Below are positions 55,848-64,000 of a stretch of 64,000 bases of DNA, piece after piece; position 1 is the first letter of the stretch, and each line of letters begins with the position of its first letter. This stretch comes from Cladosporium halotolerans (Eukaryota). The position numbers and the translations under genes are program-made. Under the pieces are notes generated by a model that saw nothing but the letters and a program-made list of their open reading frames with translations, made no database searches and was not told the origin of the DNA. The stretch lies in contig NW_027191472.1 in assembly GCF_011745625.1 (NCBI RefSeq), positions 186,001 through 250,000 on the forward strand, written 5' to 3'.

Positions 55848-56601
55848 GACGAGCTATCAATTTCTCATGCACGCGAATGGGCCAGAGGCCGCAACCCTAC
55901 CTCCTATGCCGGCAAAGTGAGTGGGGAATTTGGCATGGTTGCCCAGTCTCAGTGGATCGCTGAGACGTTTCCGGGGGTCCACCTCGGACACCACCTAAGC
56001 GAACGGATGATTCCTGACTTGAGGACATGCTGCGTCGAAGAAATGGTACGTGATTTTCCGAGCCTTTGGTTCTTGGCTGGCCGCCACAGGTTTATACTGT
56101 CCGAAGTCGGACGCATCTACAGCCAGCAAGCTTCTCAGCCATTCGTTTGCAGGAGTAGAGGGATGCAATATTGAAGAGCGGCATGACCTTGTCTAGGGGT
56201 GGCAGTCCGCCATACGTATGCATTAGCTCTCAGTCAAACGCTCTTGGGCCTTGAAGTGAGCAGTAGTGCCCAGAAGCAGGCCGTCGTGATCCCAGCGTAG
56301 GTTGCCTTGCTCTCTCGCGAGGGAAAACACTCTCCCTGCAGACTCGGAAAAACCAGGACATGCAGTCGGCAGGGCTGAGACGAGCAAACCAAGACACGCT
56401 CCTTCGGAAGCCTTGTCTGGACAAGCTAAAGCGCCGAGGAGGCCGCTCGAGGCTTCGCCGCCGTTCTTGGTGGCTTGCCAAGGTCGACAGCCGCGTCGAT
56501 GCAGACGCGCCGCTCGCTCAATCTAATCAGATCGGGACAAGCTTCCCCCATCAAATGCAAGCGTGGAAGCTCGGTTTTCGCCGTGGGTCGTTGGTATTAG
56601 G

Positions 56602-56616
56602 TTATCGATCTGATAA
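56602..56616 (+). promoter_or_regulatory. Second SreA-type site within an inverted GATA pair (TTATCGATCTGATAA)
   Basis: ATCTGATAA at 56608-56616, preceded by TTATC (GATAA on the minus strand), about 1 kb upstream of the transporter. Confidence 0.65.
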
Positions 56617-57533
56617 TCACGCAGGCGGGCCGACGACTGGCCTTGGTCTTGCTCACTCGTGACTCGCGCCCCCACTTCGGTCCACGACACTGCAAGCCAT
56701 GCACTAGGGCTCGGCGTGCTTTTCCATCCCATGAAGACTCTTTGCTCTCTGGGATGACTTGGGCAGACTCACTGTGCTCTGCGAGTGGTCGATGAATTTT
56801 CCTCCCAGCAGAATATCTGGGTGAGCACAGCCGATATTGGCTTGGCCTTCACTCTGGTGGGCCAACCACTACTAATGCTACTGGAAAGAGGTACCCACAC
56901 TTAGGGATACAGTCTCCATAATGTGTAGCCTCGGGTCAGGCAATTGGCGAATTTGATGATCCGCCGATCACACGTGAATCGCTATGTATCCTGCGCATCC
57001 TTGGAAATCGCTCCTGCCTAACGACGGTTGGAAAACGTCTAGGCTTTAGAAGATCGCGACCGAGAAAAGGGCCAGCCACGTAGACACGTAGGCTCTAGCA
57101 TCTCTGCAGCTAATAAGTACGTGCGCGAGTTTGTGAGATCTCTACGGCAGACCCATTATTCGCCATATGTTGCGCCAGCACTCCAGACTTCAATGGCCAG
57201 GTGCCGAGCTGCGGATGGAGACGTCCTTGCAAGTACTATTCAGTATCTTGACGATACCGGTGCGGCCATTGCTTTCGGCTGTTCGTCGCAAATGTTCATC
57301 CGCATGCCGACGCGCGGGCCCACTCACGCGTCCATTAACGTGCGCGTCCGCGTTTTCGAGGGATGGGTGCCGTGTCGCTGAACATTTACCAAAAAAATAG
57401 CGGGTGACGATTCAGCTCGGAATGGTCGTTTCTTTCAATGCATTTTGTCTGCTATCTGTGTGTATACCTGCCGTGATGTAGCAGACTTCTGTTTCTTGAT
57501 CATGCTCACGTAACAAGACCTGGTGGATCAGCC

Positions 57534-59116
57534 TCAATACACACTTCCTCGTAGGCTCTTATCATGCTTCTCCTGCTCTTCGAGCTTTTCTCCCTCCTCC
57601 TCTTCCTCCTCCTCTCCCTCTTCCGGCTCATCACCCAACGCGTCCGCTCGCTTCCCACTACCCATCCCGCTTTCATTGGCCCAGCGCTCGAGGTCCTCCT
57701 CCGTCGGCTTCCGCCTAGGAGGCCGTTTGGCAGCACCGGGCTGGGCTCTGCGACTGGGCAGGACAGCGTTAGAATCGAAATAGTCGCTTTCACCGCTTCC
57801 ATCGCCATCACTAGGGCGCTCGTGTGGGGTCGGAGCACCGGAATCAGTACCGCCGTAGTGCTCTGCGAATAGCTGAGTTGGGGTTTTCCCTGGACGTATG
57901 GGGAGTGTGTTGGGCGTCGTGGGCGAAATTGATTCATTGGTGGTGGGCCCACCTTCTTCCTGGTGTGCGATAGGGTGGTCTTCGCCTTCGTACTGTTGTT
58001 TTTCTGCAACGATTGGTGGCTGGGCTTGCAATTTGCGGCGAGGGTAGCGGTCGTGCTTGTGGTCGCAGCCCGCCACACAGCCGCCCCATTTTCGCGGTGG
58101 CAGAGGATTCGATGTCGGCTGGCTATTGGGCAAAAACTGTGAAAGAGTGTTGCGGCGTTTAGGGTCGACTACAGGGTGGTGTGGTTGAGGGGCGTCGGCG
58201 TTGGCTTTCGCGGCTTCGAGAGCTCGCTGCTTCTTGAGTTCAGACCAGGTTCGCAGTTCTGATTTCAGCAAGTATTTCCCGTTGTCGATGTTTTTGTCCA
58301 TGATTATGAATTCGCAGTGGTTGACGTTCCGGAGGTCCTCGAAGTATTCGACAGACCAGTGGTACCTGGAAGACGCAGATCAGCATCCTACTAATTCGTA
58401 TCGCTTCAAATGGGCTTGTACACCCTGAAAGAACTCACCATTTCATCAGGAAAACCCTTGTCATCAATCCATGCGTAACAAGCACGCATACGCTTGGGAA
58501 GTCCGCCTCTCCAAAGCTTCTCCACAGAGTCTCGTTGAACCCGCTCACCCGATCGTACGCATCCGCCGCGCTCTCGCCGTTCGGGATGCGGTAGAAGAAA
58601 TGTCCATAGTCCGCGCGTTCCTGCCACATGCGCTCCATTTCGCTACTACATGGCTGGAAGTTTCCAAAGTCTTGCTCTCGCAGCCTAGGCTCTTCATAGA
58701 CCTTGATCGCGTGCCTGTTGAACGGACTCGGTGCGCCGGATTCGGAGGAGGATGTGAGGGTGCGGAGGATGCCCTCGGTCGTCTCGCGGGTACGGCGGTA
58801 GGGCGATGTGTAGAATTGGAGCGTATCGTCTGGTTTCAAGAGGGAGCGGAGGCGGCGGCCGGCGTCTTCTGCCTGGAGTGGTTAGTTAACGACCGTGTTC
58901 CACAGGTGGGGATTAGGCGCTTCGCGATTCTGGGAGTTTTACCTGGACCCAACCATCTTCCGTGAGCTTAACACGGTGGTCAGGAATGAGTTGGTGGATC
59001 TCGCGGTTCTTGTTGCCTTCACTCTGCGCGTGGCGGATGAGTATGATCATCTGGATGGAATGTTAGCTTTCGACCAAGATTCTTGCATCCTGAGCACGTA
59101 CTCGAGGTTTGCCCAT
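57534..59116 (-). CDS. Histidine phosphatase / phosphoglycerate mutase family protein (Det1-like), 4 exons
   Basis: MGKPR|MIILIRHAQSEGN, FYTSPYRRTRET, EEPRLREQDFGNFQ, FFYRIPNGESAADAYDRVSGF and LVTHGLMTRVFLMKW|YHWSVEYFEDL. Disordered acidic tail. Confidence 0.92.
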
Positions 59117-59405
59117 ATTGCCGACTAGGGAATCTGCTGCTCCTCTCGTCAAGTGTAAAACGAGTCGTTTCCTTAAAGGTATGGAGGGTCCAAGGCGTGG
59201 TCAGCAGGAATGCCTAGCGCCAACGGCGGTTGGACGTCATTTGGGCAGCGAGCCGGCTAATCTGCAGCTGTCGTCCGCCGTAGTCTGCGAACATCTGACA
59301 TGTGATTCTCGACCCTGCGACAATCGCAACAGATCTCTAACAAATAACTTCTCTCACAACACCCGGTCGCGCAACCCTGCACTCGCAGGTAGATTCCCAG
59401 CAAAT

Positions 59406-60023
59406 ATGTCGGAAAACATTCCCCAATCAATCCCCACCTCGGCCGACAACCGCTCCCACCGACCAACCAAGAAAACCCGCCTCACGCCCAACTCTCAGCA
59501 CTCGGCACAAATCGAAGCACTTTTCGCAAATCCGGATCGCCCCATAACCATTCCCTCGGGCCCAAAAGCGCCAGTCGCGCAAGCACCGCCCGAAATTGTT
59601 GCCAATGTGCAAGGTTCCAGCGCTGGTGCTGGCTCAGGCGAGTTCCATGTCTACAAAGCGTCGCGCAGGCGAGAGTATGAGCGGCTGAGGATTATGGACG
59701 AGGAAGTGGAGCGGGAGGAGAAAGATGCCGAGTGGGAGGCTAAGCGAGCGAAGGCGCGAGAAGAAGAAGAGGAGAAGGCGAGGAAGAATCGTGAGAAGAG
59801 AGAGAAGGCTAAGGCGCGGAAGGCGAAGAAGGGCAAAGGTAGCGGGCCTGCCGTGGACGGAGATGAGGAGTCCGCAACGGCTGAGCCGGCGGTGAAGAAA
59901 AGGTTAGGGCCTGCAAAGGTCGCAGCAGCGGCGAATGGATCGGCTGAGAAAGGCACCGAGGAGCCTGTTGAGGAACAGGCTGCTGCTGAAGAAGTGGGCT
60001 TGACGATTCACGATGATGATTGA
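59406..60023 (+). CDS. PRKR-interacting protein 1 homologue (DUF1168, spliceosome-associated)
   Basis: PPEIVANVQGSSAGAGSGEFHVYKASRRREYERL signature followed by a K/R/E coiled coil. ATG at 59406 (MSENIPQS). Confidence 0.9.
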   Translation: MSENIPQSIPTSADNRSHRPTKKTRLTPNSQHSAQIEALFANPDRPITIPSGPKAPVAQAPPEIVANVQGSSAGAGSGEFHVYKASRRREYERLRIMDEEVEREEKDAEWEAKRAKAREEEEEKARKNREKREKAKARKAKKGKGSGPAVDGDEESATAEPAVKKRLGPAKVAAAANGSAEKGTEEPVEEQAAAEEVGLTIHDDD

Positions 60024-60992
60024 GTAAAAGATCCTGTGTGATACACGCGCACTTCTACAACGAGCCTAATGGACGACAGCAAGGTCAGACTTGGAAGCTG
60101 GCCACGAGAGACCTGGGCAATCGTCATTTCCCTGTTGTTTTCCAGCGCTGAGGGACCGAATCCAGAGGCCATCATTGCTGAATTGTGTTCGCCATGAGCA
60201 TTCTGCAGCCCCAGTCGAAAGCGAGTCCCTGCTTGCACATGTTCATTGCAGCGGCTGATTGGGTGCCCAACTCTACATCGAGTCGCAGACGTGAGAAGCC
60301 TTAACCAGATGCGATGTCTGGTGAGAGAAGAGGCCCCATCCCATCACAGGATCGGCGTGCGATCGACCGTTGTGTAGACAGATAGTATCATGAGATGCCC
60401 AGAACAACTTAACATTATCAACGCGAAGGAGTCGATCCCAGCAATGGCTATCACCAAAGCTAAACTACTTTGCAATCGACCAGACTTCTCTGTTTTGCAA
60501 TTCGCCCTGTCGTGCTCACAATTCTTCCTCTGTCACTCACAAGTCACTGTGGTCTGACTTGCCCCTGCCCAGAGGTAATGTGTTCGACCCACTCAGCTCA
60601 GGAAGCCCAACCCATTCTCTTTCCTCTATGCGCCTCCTTTCCTCCTCACCAGGCCCATCTGCAGGTGGCACAAAGACGGTGCCCCTTGAATTCGCCAAGC
60701 GCTGGCTGTAAGGTGAGAGCTCTCGTGCGCGGGTTGATTTCAACGGAGGGCCCGGCGCCGTGGCATGCGCCGTCCGCTCCGGCAGAGCTGTGGATGCCAT
60801 GCTAGAATCCCGCGTTAGTACCTGTGTACTCGAAAGAAGCAGCCTGAATTGAATCCACAAATGGTGGGCAAGCCGCTCATTAGCTAGCGATGTGTGGCCG
60901 TGTAGCGGAGTGATTTGTCCTGTGGTCGCCGGCTCTCGACAAGGGACGGTCTCGAGCCGACAAATCGTGCAAGGAGTTCCGCAACCAATCAA

Positions 60993-61559
60993 TTACCTGC
61001 CAGTGTTCTCGATCTCCGGCAACTTCTCTCCGCACCTGAACACCTCCGTGATGACCTGTACCACGACCTCCATCTCCTCCGCACTGAACCGCTCCTCCCA
61101 GTCCACAACAATATTCTGCAGAATCTCCACACACTGCGGCGCCAGATTATAAATCTGCAGCAGCTCCGCCTCGCTCAGGCCCTTAGCGTCGTGCTCCTTC
61201 TCCAACTCCTTCTCAACAACACCCTTGTCCTCCCCCGCCTCAATCCTAGCCTTATACTTCTCCTCCACAGGCCCCAGTAGCCTCTCGTCCAGCAACTCCG
61301 TGAAGACCGCCACGCTCTTGATGCGATTGTCGCCCTCGTACGCGCCCGGGTTGTCGGAGTACGGGTACTTGCGGGCGGAGAGCTCGCGCTCGTGCTTGCG
61401 CAGGGCGCGCTGGTAGTTGTCCGGGGGGAAGGTCTTTTTGCGCCCCGCGGCTTTGTCTGCGGCGGCGTCGGCGGCGTGTTGGGTCTTTTTCTGCGCGATC
61501 CAGTTGAGCACGTCGGCGTTGGAGAGCCGGACGGTGCCCGGGTCGAGGACGGTGGGCAT
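60993..61559 (-). CDS. RPC17: RNA polymerase III subunit C17/RPC9 (Rpb4 family)
   Basis: LSNADVLNWI at the N-terminus and an HRDC-like segment LSEAELLQIYNLAP...LQNIVVDWEERFSAEE. Confidence 0.82.
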   Translation of the reverse strand: MPTVLDPGTVRLSNADVLNWIAQKKTQHAADAAADKAAGRKKTFPPDNYQRALRKHERELSARKYPYSDNPGAYEGDNRIKSVAVFTELLDERLLGPVEEKYKARIEAGEDKGVVEKELEKEHDAKGLSEAELLQIYNLAPQCVEILQNIVVDWEERFSAEEMEVVVQVITEVFRCGEKLPEIENTGR

Positions 61560-61973
61560 CGTGGCGGTTGGTGTGTGGTTGGCTGTCGCAAGGCGGTGAG
61601 GTCGCGATTCTGAGTTCGCGTGTAAGATTTAGAGAGAAAAGCAGGGGGTAGCGACAGCGACGTGTTCCGTGTAAAGGGTGTTGTGAGCCTCCGAGGTTGG
61701 AGGTTGTTGCTCGCAGCCTGTTTTCGAGATGGCGGGAGCTTTTTCTTGAACGCGGGGAAACGATGAAGGCATGGCGGGGAAGCGCTAATGCAGGAACCAG
61801 TATTTACCTTATTATTCACAGTACCTACATCAAGTGCACTGTGAGCTGAAACTGCAGTTCAATACTCGCGAGAAAAGAGAATCGTCTGATCAAGTTCGCA
61901 ATGCAATGCATGTTATGCTCTACATGCTCTCATCTATCACAATGTCTTCCTCCTCACTTCCTGAACTACGCAA

Positions 61974-64000
61974 TCAACGCAACTCATCCCTAATCTCCGC
62001 CACCAGCTCCTTAGTATCCTGCCTGATCGCCTTCGCACCAGCAAGGTGCAAGGTTCCACTAATGCCCATCTTCATCTTGCTCCTGAAGTCCCCTCCAAGC
62101 GTCATCAGCGTGCCCAAAGCGGCGAGCGTGCGGTGCACGGCGTCCGGCTCGCCGGCATGCGGGCTGTCAGACTCGAGCAAGAAAGCGATGTCGCGCAGCA
62201 GAACCTCGGCGCGGGCCTCGCGGCTGCCAGACTCGGATGAGGGGGCTTGGGAGGCCAGCAGCACGGCGTGGTTGAGGTAAAGCGTCGCGAGGGCTTTGGC
62301 TTGCGCAGGGGATTCGGGGGCGGAAGCGAAGGGGCGGGCGAGCTGGAGTGTTTCGTCGAAGGTGCCGGAAGCGATGAGCTGGCCTTCCGAGGTGGCGAAG
62401 ACGTTTGCTAGCAGGCGGAGGCCGTGGACTACGTTGTTGGCTGATGCTTGGTTGGGCGCCAGAATGCCGGCTTCGGAAAGAGTGTTGGTGATGTCCTTGT
62501 CGCCTGAGCTTGTCGAGGCGATGAATGCAGGAGAGACTGCGAGGACTGCAAGGACGCCGATTGCCGGAACGCGGGCTTTTTCGTCCCAGGTTGTTGCAAC
62601 CTTGAGAAGCGCCGCTGTTTGCTCGGATGTAGGATGCGGGTCCTTCTTATTGGGAAGTTGGTCTGGGAGCTTTTGGAGGGCTGCAGACTCATCCGCTGTG
62701 AGGCTGTTGGACGCTTGCGCCTTGTCGACGATAATCTTGATCGCGTTGGCTGGGTTGCCTTCAACGATTGTCACGTAGCTACGCTGTGGCAGCTTACGGC
62801 CTCCTGACCCAGAAGACACGTCGCCAGGGCGGTACCTGCGTTCCATACCCCACGGGTCTGATGCCTGAGTCTGCTGCGCCTGACCTCCCGAGCCTTGTCC
62901 AAGGCGAGCTCCTTTTGTGTTTTCCGAGATCCAGTTAGCCACTTGCTCGTAATAGCTCATCGGCAACTCGTTCCTTTCGAGGAACTTGCGCGCAGCGTCC
63001 CATGGTGATTCGGTAAGATTGTAAGGTAGCTTGAGAGGCGGCTTTCCTTCCTCGATGTCAATGTCAAAGACATAATCGTACTGCTGTCCGTTGAGCTCCT
63101 TCTTTCCAGAGCCGGAGCCTTCGCCGGAGACGACAGTGCCAATCTTGATAGATTTCGTTAGTGTTTTGCATCAAAACATTCCAACTCTCAGCCACTTACA
63201 AGATCCCACTGCCCTCTCGAGCTAGACCACAGATGTGCCGTTACGCTGCCGTCTTGCTCACGGATGAAAAGCTGCTGGCCATCTCGCTCGCCAGTCTTTG
63301 TCTGGAGAGCCTCTGTGCATCAAATGTCAGCGCAGTTTCCAGATATCAAGACGCTATCAAACGGTCGACTTACCGGGTCCCGGCAGATCTTCCTTCTCAA
63401 AAGGCATGTTCTGGCTCGCCGTCTCCGCAGGAATAGCATACATCTTGTTGCTCTCTTCGAACGACTTGATAGCCTACAACATCATCGTCAGCACCTTTGA
63501 ACGAAGACTGTGAATCGATCCATGGAACATACCTCAGGATCAGCATATCTCTCCGGATCTCTCGTGAAGACCCTGATGGTCTTGTCCGACGCTCCGCTAA
63601 CGATATCGCCAGTCTCCTCGCACGCCGCCACACTCCAGATGCTCACGGCCGGGTGTGTAATGGTCTGCACGCACTGCCCATCGCGGAACACACGGACGGT
63701 CCTGTCCTCGCCCGCGCTCACAATGTCGCCATTCGGCGCGATGGCGATGCTGTAAATGTACGCCTCGTGGCCGTGCAGCTCACCCATTGGCTCACCATCC
63801 AGCGACCACAGACGCACAACCTCATCGTTGCCGGCCGAAGCGAATGCCGCACCTGACCAGTGACCGGCTGGGATCTTGCAGAAGCAGCGAGGGACGTCCG
63901 TGTGACCCTGAATGGTGCGCAGGAGCTTGCCGTTGATGTCGAACATGCGGATGGCCTTGTCGGCGCAGGCGGTGAAGACGAATTTCTCGTCGTACACTAG
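61974..64000 (-). CDS. DOA1: Doa1/Ufd3/PLAA ubiquitin-homeostasis protein (WD40-PFU-PUL); 5' end lies beyond the window
   Basis: WD40 repeats (GHEAYIYSI, SAGEDRTVRV, HPAVSIWSV, SGASDKTIRVF). PFU segment YDYVFDIDIEEGKPPLKLPYN and YYEQVANWISENT. PUL helical region ending LVAEIRDELR*. Confidence 0.93.

Noticed and set aside
1..64000. Secondary-metabolite cluster, transposon, RIP-degraded AT-rich block, or CRISPR array
   Set aside because: No PKS/NRPS/terpene synthase, transposase or reverse transcriptase motifs, no extended AT-rich tract and no regularly spaced repeats. The tailoring-type enzymes present are scattered among housekeeping genes.

Overview
A gene-dense eukaryotic window from a filamentous ascomycete. 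It has short GT-AG introns with CTRAC branch sites, and the gene content suggests a Dothideomycete (inference). About 27 protein-coding loci are supportable. The first ~10 kb looks accessory: a partial GMC oxidoreductase, a NACHT-ankyrin NLR, a secreted SnoaL/NTF2-like protein and a cellulose-synthase-like GT2. The rest is mostly housekeeping: RO7/Arp11-like actin-related protein, NOP58, GEN1/YEN1-like nuclease, HNT2, myosin light chain, SNF12/RSC6-like, PKH1/PDK1, a siderophore MFS transporter, DET1-like phosphatase, PRKRIP1, RPC17 and DOA1. No transposon, rRNA or CRISPR was seen. Five signals stand out. (1) A HET-s/NWD2-type amyloid signalling motif sits at the NLR N-terminus, with no visible effector partner nearby. 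(2) The 201-nt NOP58 intron folds almost entirely into a nested stem structure with C/D-like words and carries an in-frame stop, suggesting an autoregulatory RNA element. (3) A secreted-protein gene is broken by a single in-frame TAG yet has an intact downstream exon and intron. (4) A tRNA-like Pol III element has perfect A/B boxes, a broken cloverleaf, a structured trailer and a T15 terminator. (5) Many genes switch sharply from C-rich to G-rich sequence along their length. All product calls come from recognising motifs by eye; no database searches were run.
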